From Elsinoe ampelina (taxonomy: Eukaryota): a stretch of 64,000 nt of DNA. Positions within the stretch are counted from its first letter, which is position 1. Every line of letters begins with the position of its first letter. The notes under the pieces are model-generated. The model was not told the DNA's origin. It ran no database searches and worked only from the letters and a program-made list of their open reading frames with translations. This document shows positions 1 to 12,267 of this stretch, one piece after another. The DNA is taken from assembly GCA_010093995.1 (NCBI GenBank), contig ML992508.1, forward strand, positions 1,210,282 through 1,274,281, read 5' to 3'. Both the position numbers and the translations under genes were made by a program.

Positions 1-640
1 TAATAACACTAACTTAGCCTAAGCTAGAATTAAGGGACAATCTTCTACTACTACTAGCTAATATTAGAGAACTTAAGGCTTATTCTTATAAGAAGCAATT
101 TTAAGAGGCTATAAAGGTTAAATTACTTACTTTATACTTAAAACATATATAGACTATTATACTAGTAGCTTAAGCTACTAGTAAGCCTATCTCTTTAATA
201 TAGGTATTTACTTATAAAGTTAATAATAAAGGAGAGGTTATAAAGTATAAAGTAAAAGTCTATATAAGAGGTAATCTCTAATTAATAGAATCTAGTAAGA
301 CTTATATAGTAACTCTAGTAGCTAAGATCTTTAGAATGCTTATAGCATTACTTGCTTATAAAGATATAGAGGCTATCTAGATAGATGTTATTAATGCCTA
401 TATTAATAGCTCTATTAATAAGACTACCTACTATACTATCCCTACTAGATTTAAGCTAGTTATAGAGAATCTTATAAAGGACTATCCTAGCATTACTCTA
501 TTAGATATAATTCTCTTACTTAATAAGGCCTTATATAGTCTTAAATAAGCTCTAGCTCTCTAGTATACTAAATTTACTACTACTCTAAAGAGTATTAGTT
601 TTACTTAGGCCCCTAAGGCTCCTTACCTCTAGCTAACTAA
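1..640 (+). mobile_element. RIP-degraded Ty1/copia retrotransposon, reverse transcriptase region (5' part)
   Basis: Reverting C>T/G>A changes gives copia RT motifs: 'atc tag ata gat gtt att aat gcc tat' (IQMDVxNAY, ~375-401) and 'aag gcc tta tat agt ctt aaa taa gct cta gct ctc tag' (KALYGLKQAPALW, ~525-563), then 'cct tac ctc' (PCL). Extreme TpA enrichment. Confidence 0.85.
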
Positions 641-843
641 TGTAAGATAGATACGAACTAGATTTAGTTAGGATCTAGTTTAGATTAGTTACGTAATCTT
701 AGTATCGCGGCCTAGGCTTCTAGCTACTCTACCCTCGATATTATATATGCTTTATATACTAGCTTTTCTTCTTCTTCTTCTAAGTCTTAATATCTTAACG
801 AATAGACGTAATTAACCTCTTATCTTGCTAGCTGAGATTACTA
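641..843 (+). repeat. 5' LTR (203 bp)
   Basis: Starts TGTAAG and aligns without gaps to 6700-6902. About 19 mismatches by manual alignment, all transitions. Confidence 0.93.
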
Positions 844-3800
844 TATCGAGACTTCGAAACGACTATAACTAAGCGATAGAGCTATTAAACTATCTAGTTA
901 TTCTACTACTTACGTAACTACTAATAACTACTACTTACGAAGAATTAAAGAATTAAAAAAGAAGCTATTATAACTATAGTTCCTATATACACTGTAATAG
1001 ATCCTCGCTGCTACTATATAGGTTAATACTATAAACTCTAAAGATACAAGAAGAAGGTAATAAGTCGAGTTATAGACGACTCTTAAAGGAAGTAGGCTAC
1101 TAGCTAAAAATTTTAATATTCTCTTTATTACGCATTAATATTTTATACCGTTTTATTTATAACTAACTACGCTAAGTATAGCTTAATCTAACTACAGCGA
1201 CAAAGAGCGCTACTAAAGTAAGCTACCTTAATCTATCCCCGACAATAATAACGCCTCTATCTACTCTCTCTACTATAATCTTTTTGCCCTCTTTAACGCT
1301 ATACTCCTTAAGAAGCTATAGGAAGAGTACGGTATATAGGCACTAAGAGACGTATTTAACTACGTTAAGTTCTTCTATAATAAGTAGACTATATAGGTAA
1401 AAGATACTTATACTAACGCTCTCTACTATTACTACGAGTTAGATACTATTTAGGCCTAGCTCGGCAACCTCTAATCCGAACTAGATACATCTTAGTTCTA
1501 TACTAACGGCGTTACTACCTAAGCTACTTACTACCTAGACAAAATCTAAGAGCTTAAGGCTAAGGTAAACTAACTAAGAAACAAGATAGAGCGTAGTATA
1601 CTAGCTCTTTCTATACGCGGCTCTACCTTATTAGAAAAGATACTAGACCTTACTATCTTTAGTATAGGTACACTAGAGTAGTTCGAGGTCTTTAAGTACT
1701 AGATAAGGAATAAGATATACGCTAATATAGATTATTTTTCTACGAGGGACACTTAGTTTACCTATCTATACTTACGCCTCTCTAGAGAAGCCTATACTCT
1801 TATTATAGACTTAGCTAGTAATAACGTTATTAGCGTCGAAGAGGTCCTTACTCTCCTAGCCTAGCGCTTTAAGAATCCTAACTATAGGGCTACTATATAT
1901 ACTTAGTTTACTAATCTCTTCTAGCGTAATAGCACGTTTAACTCCTTTATTAGCGAGTTTAACAAGTATACCCTTTACGCTAAGATCGCTAAAGAGGAGT
2001 AGCTATACTAGATCTGTTAGAAGATATTTAATAAGCTACGCAATACTCTAGTTAACTACGACACTAATAACCTTACTATCTTTATTACTAAGGCCTACGC
2101 TACTAACTATAATATCTAGTAGAGTAACCTTATTACTAAGTGCACCTAGGCCTTACGCTCTAGCCTAGCTATAAGCTACGCCGCTACGGTACTAATTTAC
2201 GTGCCTTATTCTACTTCTGTACCTACTGCTCTAGCTACCTTCTACTCTATTACCAGAGAAGCTCTATAGCCTTTTCGTCTAGCTCTAATACTTACCTATT
2301 ACGCATGTAGTAAGCCTAGCTATATCTCTACTAAGTGTATAGCTAGCGCCTTAGAGAGGGCTACTTACGCTACTATACGCCCTATACGTATTAGCGCTAT
2401 AGAAGAGATATAATAGCTCTAGAATCGCTTAGCTAAATTAAGTAACTAAGTCGATACTAGTTCGGCTTACAAACTAGATCTAGTTTAGCTTTAGTTTAAC
2501 CCCGAAGTAGACTATAAGTCTACTAACCTCTCTAGCTAGAGAAACAAGTAGCTAGAGAACAAGTTCTATTCTCTAGTAGAATAAGAGTAATTCGAGATAG
2601 ATCCGGAGGTATATAGTTATTAAATAGCGTTATTAGCTACTACGTCCCTGCCATTATAACTCCTATTACTATTTACGACCTCTATAACCGCTCTTACACT
2701 ATTATACTCTAAGCCTTTATTAACACTAGCACGCTTATTAGCGCTATAGTTAACTATAACATTCTTAATAAGCTAAAGAGTTTTAGCTATCTAGTAGTAC
2801 TAGCTAGCCCTATTTAGCTTTAGGCTTATAATAGTGTTCTAATAGAACAAGTCACTTATAGTATCTCTCTTACTACTACTGTTTCTAGTAAGCTAAACGC
2901 TCTTACTACCTTCTATATTATAGACATTAGCTAATTTAACATTATTCTTAGCCTTAGCTAGCTTAAGGCTAACAAGGCTACTATTAATTACAAATATAGC
3001 TAAGTTATATACAAAGAAGAGTTTTTACTAGTCGTTATTAAGTAGGAGCTACTATAGCTAATTAAAGAGCTAGGATCTAGATCTAAGCCTAGCTCGGATC
3101 TAGAAATCTAACTCGGTAAAGCTACTACTCTAGTTTAGAACTAGTTTAGTTCTAGTCTAACTCGTGAACTAAGTTCTAGCTTAGCTACTAAGTTAGGACG
3201 AACTAGACTATATTAGCTACTAGCTCTTAGGTTAAACTTTAAGCTAAATTAGAGAGAGTTTAAGCTAATCTCCTATAGCACTTAGTTAATACATAAGTTC
3301 TCCTACTTACTTACCTACGTAAGTGACGCTAAATAGAAAGAGCTAACTATCGCCTTTATCGGCGTAGCTGCCTTTATATTAGTAGCTAAATACTAAGAGA
3401 ATAAGGTGTTTATAATCTTAGTAAAGAACATTAAGGACTACTACTAGATAGCCTCTAAGCTAGAACTAGATTCTATAGTAGTTCTTCTAGAAGAGCTATA
3501 TAAATTTACTAATATCTTCTCTAAAGAATAATCTAATACTCTCTCTCTATATCGGCTAGAATTTAATAACTAGATTATGCTTAAGGATAGTACTAAACTA
3601 CCGCGTATAGAACCTCTATAGCGCCTATCCCCTAAGAAGCTTAATATAGTAGAGCAATTTATCTATAAATACCTTAATAAAGACTTTGTTATACTAAGCT
3701 CTACTAGCTACTTATTACCTATTCTCTTTGTTTATAAGCTAGGCGAAGGTCTTTACCTCTACGTCGATTACTATAGCCTTAATAAGGTAACTAAGTAAGA

Positions 3801-6699
3801 TATCTATCCCTTACCTCTTATTAAAGAAATACTTACGCGCGTAAGTAAAGCTAAATAGTTTAGTAAGATTAATATCTATTAAGCCTTCTACTGCCTCTAT
3901 AACTCTATTAATAGCAAAGACCTTACTATGTTCTCTATATATATAGGTAACTTTAAGTAGCTAGTAATACTATTTAGCCTTACTAACGCCTCTATAGTAT
4001 AGTAGAGATTTATAAATTATAACTTTGTCGATATGCTAGAGCGCTTCGTATTAATCTACCTCGATAATATTCTTATTTACACTAATAGCTCTTACTAAGA
4101 GCACGCTAAGCATATTAAGCTAGTGCTCTAAAGACTCTACGAATTAGGCCTAAATACTAATATTAAGAAGAGCAAGTTCTACTTAATAGAGGTAAAGTAC
4201 CTTAGTATTATTATTAGCCGAGACAGAGTTAAGATAGATCCTAAGAAGGTAGAAGCTATTAGGGCCTAGAAACAGCTAGCCCCTAGTAACACTACTTAGG
4301 TAAGGAGCTTTATTAGTTTCTATAGTTATTATTGTTGCTTTATTAAAGGATTTAGCACTATTGCTAAACTACTAAATAATCTACTTAAGAAGGACACTAT
4401 ACTATAGAACGATAGGTATACTACTATATTTAATTACATAAAGTACACTATTATAAGTGCGCTAATTCTTGTGTATTTCGACTAGTTAAAGTAGATAATC
4501 CTTAAGACCGACGCCTCTAACACGACTACCGCTAGAATTCTATTATAATATAATAAATCTAATGTCCTTTAGCCCGTTATCTTCTTTAGTAAATCTATAA
4601 GTAAAGCTAAACGTAACTACGCTATCTATAACAAGGAACTACTAGCTATTATCTAAGCCTTCGAGGAGTAGGTCCTTAAGCTTATAAGTACTTAATCTAA
4701 TAAGGCTATCTACGTTCTCACCGACTACTAATCCTTAATACACTTTATAAAGACTTAGAAGCTATTACGCTACTAAGCGTACTAGGCTCTCTACCTTACA
4801 TAGTTTAACTTTAAGATTATATATAGGTCTAGCGCCGCTAACGGTAAGGCCGACGCACTTACGAGAAGGAATAGAGATATACTACGTTCGAAAGAAGACT
4901 CTAATCTACGCTAGACGCTACTACTATATAAGGTGCTAGATTAGCGCATTATCGACAAACTAAATCTAAGTTATATCCGAACTAGATTACTAATCTAAGC
5001 CGAACTAAGATCTAGTTTAGCATCTAGTTTGTAAACTAGTTTACTATCTAGTCCGTTACCTATTTCACTTTCTATTTTACTACCTGTATCGGCGCCTATT
5101 TCGGCTACTAAACTAGGTATCTACGTAGTACCTATCTTAGCTATAAAAGAGCCTTTACTCCTTTTCGATAAAGTAGCTAAAGCTAACCTATAAGACTCTA
5201 ATTTCGAGACAGTTTATAGCATCTACTATATAATAGAAGCCTTTCTAAAGAGGAAATAGCTACTATCGACTAATGTTACAATTAAAAAGGAAATACTATA
5301 GGCTAATAGCCGACTAATTATGCCTTTCTCTATAGCTATAAAGGTTATCTAAGGAGTTTATACATTAAAGGATTATACACACGTAGGAGCTACTAAGACG
5401 GCTACTATAATAAAGTTTACTTTCTATATCCCCGGATATAATAGTAACATTAAGAGGTTCGTCGCTAACTATTATAACTATAAGCGTTTAAAGGCTTATT
5501 ATAGTTTACTAGCTAGCCTCTTATTACTATTGCCTATTCCGAAAAAGCCTTAGTAATACATTACTATAGACTTTATTACTAGCCTACCCTTAGTAGATAG
5601 CTATAATATAGTACTATATATTATAGATTACTTATCTAAGGAACGACACTTAATTCCTTACTTCTCTAGAGAAGGAGGCACCTTAGCGTTTAAGACTACT
5701 AAGTTGTTATTCTTCTACGTTTAGAAACTATATAGCCTACTAGATAGTATTACCTCCGACTACGACTCTTAGTTCGTTAGCGACGTATAGAAAAGGCTCT
5801 ACTAAATCCTAAAGATTACTACTAAACTATCTACTATAGGGCACCTATAAATAGACGGCTAATTAGAGGTTATAAATTGCAAGTTTAAGCGGATTATCCG
5901 TTTATACACTACACTTTTTAGTAATTAGACCCTTGTTCTACTAGTAGTAGAGTTCTCTACTAATACTAGCCTATTAGAAAGTACTAAGCTATTACTATTC
6001 GAGGTTACTAGGGGATATAAGCCTAGGCTAAGCTTCTAGCTCTCTTTCGACGTACTATTAATAAGAGCTAAGCTAAATAAGGCCGATATTTGCGCCCTTA
6101 CTAAGCAACTAGAAGAAGCGCTAGCTATCGCTAAGGCTAACCTCGCTATTGCCTAATTACGAATAGTAGAGTAAGCTAATAGACACCGCTAGCTAATAGA
6201 GTTCGAGGTAGGCGATTTAGTTTAGCTATTAACAAAGAACCTCTAGTTACTAGGCAATTCGAAGCTACTACTAAAGCACGTTAGTCCTTATAAGATCCTC
6301 GAAAAATAGTTACTATTAGTGTATAAGCTCGATCTACTAGCTACTCTATAAAGGATTTACTCTATATTCTACACCGACCTCCTTACTAAGTACCTAAATA
6401 ACTCTCTACTAGGCTAAGTCTTTAATAAACTACCTCTAGTAGAAGTCGATAGTAAAGAGAAATACGAGGTAGATAACGTAATTAACGTGCATATACTATA
6501 AGGGAAGCTAGTTACTCGCGTAAGCTAGAAGAGCTATCTAGAGGATCTTAACTAGTAGCTAATTAACAATCTTAAAGGAGTAGCTAATGTACTATATAAC
6601 TATCTAGACTCTTACACGGATAAGCTAAGGCTAAAATAGATTAATAAATAATATATAATAGCGTTTAAGAGTAAACGCGCTTAAGAGAGAAGGTAGTAA

Positions 6700-6902
6700 T
6701 ATAAGATAGATACGAACTAGATTTAGTTAGGATCTAGTTTAGATTAGTTATGTAATTTTAGTATTATAGCTTAAGCTTCTAGCTACTCCGCCCTCGATAT
6801 TACGTATGCTTTGTATACTAGCTTTTCTTCTTCTTCTTCTAAGTCTTAATATCTTAATAAATAGACGTAATTAACCTCTTGTCTTACTAGCTAAGATTAC
6901 TA
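6700..6902 (+). repeat. 3' LTR (203 bp)
   Basis: Direct repeat of 641-843, starts TATAAG (RIP of TGTAAG), preceded by purine tract AAGAGAGAAGG. Confidence 0.93.
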
Positions 6903-6944
6903 ATCTCTAATATAATAATCTTTTTCTTTGTAGATAATATTACT
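6903..6944 (+). mobile_element. Continuation of the copia RT after the gypsy insertion
   Basis: 'ata ata atc ttt ttc ttt gta gat aat att' = IIIFFFVD(D)I, the copia catalytic motif expected just after PCL. Confidence 0.8.
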
Positions 6945-7574
6945 NNNNNNNNNNNNNNNNNNNNNNNNNNNNNNNNNNNNNNNNNNNNNNNNNNNNNNNN
7001 NNNNNNNNNNNNNNNNNNNNNNNNNNNNNNNNNNNNNNNNNNNNNNNNNNNNNNNNNNNNNNNNNNNNNNNNNNNNNNNNNNNNNNNNNNNNNNNNNNNN
7101 NNNNNNNNNNNNNNNNNNNNNNNNNNNNNNNNNNNNNNNNNNNNNNNNNNNNNNNNNNNNNNNNNNNNNNNNNNNNNNNNNNNNNNNNNNNNNNNNNNNN
7201 NNNNNNNNNNNNNNNNNNNNNNNNNNNNNNNNNNNNNNNNNNNNNNNNNNNNNNNNNNNNNNNNNNNNNNNNNNNNNNNNNNNNNNNNNNNNNNNNNNNN
7301 NNNNNNNNNNNNNNNNNNNNNNNNNNNNNNNNNNNNNNNNNNNNNNNNNNNNNNNNNNNNNNNNNNNNNNNNNNNNNNNNNNNNNNNNNNNNNNNNNNNN
7401 NNNNNNNNNNNNNNNNNNNNNNNNNNNNNNNNNNNNNNNNNNNNNNNNNNNNNNNNNNNNNNNNNNNNNNNNNNNNNNNNNNNNNNNNNNNNNNNNNNNN
7501 NNNNNNNNNNNNNNNNNNNNNNNNNNNNNNNNNNNNNNNNNNNNNNNNNNNNNNNNNNNNNNNNNNNNNNNNNN
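6945..7574. other. Assembly gap (630 N)
   Basis: Run of N. Confidence 1.
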
Positions 7575-7991
7575 TTAATATTTATTATTATTAGCTAAAA
7601 CAAGAGATTAATTAAGCTAGAGATCTATCTAGCCCTATCTTAGTAATATAGACACTATTAGTAGATACCTTAGCTAATAGATTAACTAAGTTATTACTAC
7701 CTAGAAGGTGTAAGGCTTTCTTATAATAGCTATCTCTCGAGTTAGTAGTCTACTAACTAGCTATAATAGCCTTATAGCTATTTAGTAAAGGGGTGTGTTA
7801 ACCGAGGTATAAGCTAGAGCGCTAAGAAGGACCCTGATTTAGTTTATTCCCTAGTAGAACTAAACACTTATCTACTACTTTACTAATTTATAATTAAATT
7901 AGATAGTTATTGTCTTAATCTATTACTATTAAGGAGTTTTTTTAATTTAGCTATCTTTTAGTATACCAGGTTAAGTATTTATGTAGTTACA
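7575..7991 (+). mobile_element. RIP-degraded copia RNase H end, PPT and probable 3' LTR
   Basis: 'tag cta aaa caa gag' ((W)LKQE) and 'gct aat aga tta act aag' (A(D)(G)LTK, ~7673), then purine tract AAAGGGG and TGTTA at 7796. The LTR end is a guess (TTACA at 7991). Confidence 0.65.
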
Positions 7992-8769
7992 ATCTACCTC
8001 ATTTTAGTGGTTCAGGCAGTAATTAATCCTTTTTCCTCCCCCACACAAGTCAACATTTGGGCATGATCACGTGCCCGCGGCTGAAGTGGTTGGCCGCCCA
8101 ATGGCCTTGTTCCAGAAGTCCTCTCTGTTGGATCTCGCATGTCACAACTATGCCAACAATTCCAGACAAAGAAGATCCTGCTCGCTCAATACGGCCGCGA
8201 TAGCCTTGCAGTGTGCCCAGTGGATCGTCATGGTGCATTCCTACCGTCGTGCTCCACTCGTCTTGGGCTAAATTTAGTGCTCACTTCACCACTTCAACAC
8301 ACCGCACACATGCAGTTGCTACAGGTATTGCACACACTTTAGGGTCAAGATCCCAGCATCATGGCACTTGTCTTTCAAGGCACTTGTTCCTCGCCTTGCG
8401 TCTGTATTCCCACCTCGTCAATATGGCCTGACACTTTTGCTGCCTCCCACGTTGGAAGCATTCACGGCTGAGCCTCGATTTGCATACATACACACGTCCA
8501 CTTCATGCTTCTTGTCCTTTTACAACTCAGCACCTTTTTCCTTGTCTCGATGCCCAGACGTAACAGTAATATAAGCATCAAAAAGCTGGCCTTTTGACGA
8601 ACCGTGACAGCTGGTCCTGTCAACTCCAAACGACCACCACTTTTCTAACACTACAGAACCACTCCTGTCTCTCCTCCATTGCACGAGACCTTGACCCCGT
8701 ATGTCTCTCCTCTCCTTTCCCCATCATTTGAACCTCCAACCCAGGTTCACCGATCACCCCAAACCAAGC

Positions 8770-10155
8770 ATGTCCGAAGAAGACAGCAGGATTGACGAAA
8801 CCACAGCCCGCATCCCCAACCGCTACCTCACCACCATCGAAGAAGTCGACGAAGACGAGTTCGAAGACGTCGACATGGACGAGAAAGGTCTTCTCTCCCA
8901 CCAATACCGCAGCCCCCCACGCTCCTTCCGCCGTCGCCTCTACCTCCAACTCCTCTTCTGCGCCGCCATCGGCATCTTCATCCTCCACACAGTCCTCTCC
9001 CACAAAGACGCCCCCACGCCAGACCTCGTCCACCTACCTCCATCCTTCGCCCCTTCCGCCGTTCCAAACTCACCGACCCCCTCCTCTCAACCTTCCTCTC
9101 CCGTCCCCCCCCTCCCATCCGACCTCGCCACATCTTCCGCCCCCTCGCCCCCCAGCCCCTCCCCCTCCGCCGCCGCCCTCCAACAAGCCCTCACCCTCCT
9201 CCCCTCAGGCGACGAATACGCCTCCCTCCTCCTCCCCCCTCCCTCGCCATCACCCCGCGACCTCTTCTCCCACCTCGAGTCCCACTTCCGGGCCTTCACC
9301 CCTCTGCTCCCCGCCTACGAAGCCCTCCACGCCTCACCAGTCCCTCACGCCCCGCTCCACCCTCGGTATGACATTGCGTCTACAATCTCTTCTTCCTCCC
9401 TAAAGCGAGACCCGGAAAGTCTCGGCGAAGAGCTGAGGGGCTACGAGACGTTCTTGTACCTGTTCGGGCATTTGGCGGGGGAAGTCGCGCCGTGGTTATC
9501 CAGCGCCAAGGCAGGGGAGGAGGTGGTGGCGCTGCATAGACGGTTGGAGGAAGGCGGGAGGGGGGTGGTGATGACGACGAGTTCGGAGCACGTGGGGAGG
9601 CGAGTGGGGATGATTCGGCGTTTGAGGGAGGAGGGGTGTGATTTGCCTATCGAGGTGGTGTATCTCTCTTCCGAAACGCTGGACGAGCAGGGACGGGAGA
9701 AGCTGGAGGGGTTGGAGGGGGTGGTGCTCAGGTCTGTCGAGGCCATGGTGGATGGGAAACAGTGGGTCAAGGAGGAGACGTTGAAGGGGTTTGCGCTGCT
9801 GTTGAGTAGGTTCAGGGAGGCCGTGTTTTTGAACACGGATGTGTTGCCGGATAAGCCGGGGGGTTTGTTTGATAGAGAGGAGTATGAGGGGAAGGGAGCG
9901 TTGTTTTTGAGGGCGCAGGGGCCGAGGGGTCCGGACGGGGATAGGGTGAGGGTGGACCATAATGTTGTCGTCGTGGACAAGTGGCGGCATTTTACTGCGC
10001 TTTTGGCGAGTGTGAGGTTGGCCGGGAGTGAGTGGATGAGGGATGAAGCCTTGTTGCAGGAGCTGGAGGTGAAGAAGGAATTTGTGGGAAGTGAGCTGTG
10101 GAGGTTGGGGTTTGAAATGGTCAGTGAGGAGAAGCTGGATTTCTTCACTCGATGA
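8770..10155 (+). CDS. GT71 (Mnn1/Mnt alpha-mannosyltransferase)-like type II membrane protein, degenerate
   Basis: N-terminal TM anchor, Pro/Ser stem, family motifs GRGVVMT, GCDLPIEVVY, KGFALLLSRFREAVF, VVVVDKWRHF. The ORF could start at 8701. Confidence 0.75.
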   Translation: MSEEDSRIDETTARIPNRYLTTIEEVDEDEFEDVDMDEKGLLSHQYRSPPRSFRRRLYLQLLFCAAIGIFILHTVLSHKDAPTPDLVHLPPSFAPSAVPNSPTPSSQPSSPVPPLPSDLATSSAPSPPSPSPSAAALQQALTLLPSGDEYASLLLPPPSPSPRDLFSHLESHFRAFTPLLPAYEALHASPVPHAPLHPRYDIASTISSSSLKRDPESLGEELRGYETFLYLFGHLAGEVAPWLSSAKAGEEVVALHRRLEEGGRGVVMTTSSEHVGRRVGMIRRLREEGCDLPIEVVYLSSETLDEQGREKLEGLEGVVLRSVEAMVDGKQWVKEETLKGFALLLSRFREAVFLNTDVLPDKPGGLFDREEYEGKGALFLRAQGPRGPDGDRVRVDHNVVVVDKWRHFTALLASVRLAGSEWMRDEALLQELEVKKEFVGSELWRLGFEMVSEEKLDFFTR

Positions 10156-10210
10156 TAGAATTGATGTAGAAGAGGTGGATGCATTGGGTATCGGTAGACT
10201 CATCATGAAA

Positions 10211-11706
10211 CTATTCACGACTTGATTGCTCGCCCCGGATGATGCGGAGTGCCTCTTCTCCTTTCGGGGCAGTCGTCAGATTGCGGTAGCCACTGGATGT
10301 GACTAAAATGTCGTCTTCTATTCGCACTCCACCGACAGGCATATATCGCTCTAAGACTTCAGTGTTGATGTATTTGGCGTGCTGTGGCTTGTTCAAGTAA
10401 AGATTGTCAAGGGCAAAACGGTTGAAGTATCTTTCATCGTCAGTCCAAAATGCTTGCAAAGCGGCAGATGTGTGTCAACTTACATTCCTGGCTCGACAGT
10501 GATGACCATACCTGGACGAAGACCGTCACTCTTTAATAGACACGGGTCAAGAGACAGTTGCTCAAATGAGGTCCACTTTTGTTGCTGTGATCTGATCCCA
10601 GCACCGTTCGGCATCACATCATGCACTTCCAACCCGAGGTGATGGCCCAGACCATGCGGGTAGAATGCGAGACTGGTCAGCGATGCCAGTATCTCTTTCT
10701 CTGTGCCATTGTGAAAGATGCCCAGCCGCAGTAGTCGTCTTATCAACAAAGCATGACATGCCACATGTGCGTTGAACAGCTTGCAGCCCGGCCGGATCAT
10801 CGACAGAGCAAAGTCTTGCATCTCCTGCACGATATCGTATATCTGCTTGGCTTCCCTCGACCAGTGACCGTTCAGAGGGAATGTGCGAGTGACGTCAGAG
10901 GCATAGCATCTGTACTCTGCGCCAGCATCCAGACACATGAGCTGACTATCGCCAAAAGCGGCATTGTTGGCAGTATAATGCAGGACTGCACCATTTGATC
11001 CACTACCAGCAATGATCGAATAGGCTTGGTGAGGAGCATCATTCACAGTCGACACGTCGAGTATCAAAGCAGCGACTTGGGCTTCTGACCTGAATTTTCG
11101 AATGTTTCGCAGAACAGCGGTGTGAGCTTTGCCTGACACCTCGTTGGCCTTTTCGATGAGTTGAATCTCGTACTCATCCTTGATGACACGGCAAACGTCA
11201 ATGGCATGCTGCAAGATGGTAACATCATCTCGTTCGGTCAGACCTGATGGCGACCGACATGTTTGCGGTCGTGGAGGCCGCTGTCCAGGATGCAAAAGAT
11301 AAATGTCGGCGTCGTTCGTAGCCTCCCACTTTGCTACGTACGAGGCCAGATCTGTAGAATAAAAGGCGCCATCCACATTGTACTTGTTCAGTGCTTCGTC
11401 GGTCGTGCTTCCACGTCCCACCCACACGACCTGGGTGGGTGTGAAAGGTGCCAACCAGAGAATGAGCTCGTCTCGCTCAATATCGTAGGTGACATGGCAA
11501 TCGGCTTCATTGCAGCCGGTGAGGTAGTAGAAGTATCTCCTCTGCCTGAATTCGCGATACTGATCCGAGTCTTCGAGTAATCTTGTTGGGGCAGCTTGGA
11601 GGTAGACGAGGCCTTGGTCGACGCCAATCTCCCTCGCGACGCGCTGAGCATGTTGCTTAGCAGGATACTTTGTCCATACTGACTCGGCTGTGATCCGGAT
11701 GTGCAT
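10211..11706 (-). CDS. Xaa-Pro aminopeptidase / prolidase (M24B), 2 exons
   Basis: [58 protein letters not shown] (after intron 10431-10483), GGVRIEDD. Confidence 0.93.
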
Positions 11707-12267
11707 TGTGTCGAGAGTGAGATGTGTCCCAGTAGTAGGAATCTGGATCGATAAACCCTGTCTAGATCGCTCACGGCTTTCCGAGCTTTGACGGCACTAA
11801 TGACGGACGCAGGAACGCGAGTTTGACAGGTGGGCTCAAGCAAGGTTAGACCTTGGAGGACCTTGAAGAGTTGGAATTGAGGGCGAGGCGGTGACATCAG
11901 CGGGGACGATTGCTGTCCCAAAATTCCACCTTCCATCCAATCTCACCACGCAGAGGCACGCTCGTCAGGTCGATCTTGCCCAGTTTTCCCACCGAATCAC
12001 GGCTCGCGATACAGAAGCGCCGCCATCATGCTATCTATTCCTCTCAACAACAAAACCCCTCCGCTGGACGCAGGTGGTTCTCTTCCTATCCTCACTGTCG
12101 ACCACCGGTAGCATGACTGCATGCGACACAGCGCTCATTGATCCTCCTGTTTCATCCAACTATTCGTCCCAGACCTGAGCTGGCATTTTACGATTCACGA
12201 CTTACGACCTGCTATACCTCTACGACAGCGAGCGCCTATTTCGATTTACCCGGATCACGTATTCAGC

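Larger units (their letters stand above)
641..6902 (+). mobile_element. Full-length RIP-inactivated Ty3/gypsy LTR retrotransposon (chromovirus)
   Basis: Paired LTRs. Relic domains in gypsy order: CCHC knuckle (~2294-2337), protease AFI(D)T(G) (~2713), RT VDY..LNK (~3763) and YLD(D)ILIY (4057-4080), RNase H TDAS (~4507) and NYAIY(D)KELLAI (~4615), integrase DFIT(G)LP (~5570), SD..(Q)F and H...DG..E (~5755-5867), (G)PY (~6283), chromodomain EKYEVD..(W)K(G)Y (~6457-6540). Polypurine tract 6683-6699. Many TAA/TAG stops. Confidence 0.95.

Noticed and set aside
3060..3210. Recurring GAACTAG/GATCTAG motifs in gypsy linkers and LTRs, superficially array-like
   Set aside because: There is no regular repeat-spacer period. 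RIP convergence of low-complexity linker sequence explains them; this is not CRISPR.
8050..8574. Cluster of 60-70 aa ORFs next to the transposon block
   Set aside because: No recognisable motifs or splice pattern; probably non-coding.
8792..9403. Long Pro/Ser/Thr-rich alternative-frame and antisense ORFs (also 20919-21782, 23518-24243, 61099-62094)
   Set aside because: They are shadows of real genes. The C/G-skewed sequence lacks stop codons and the ORFs show no motifs.
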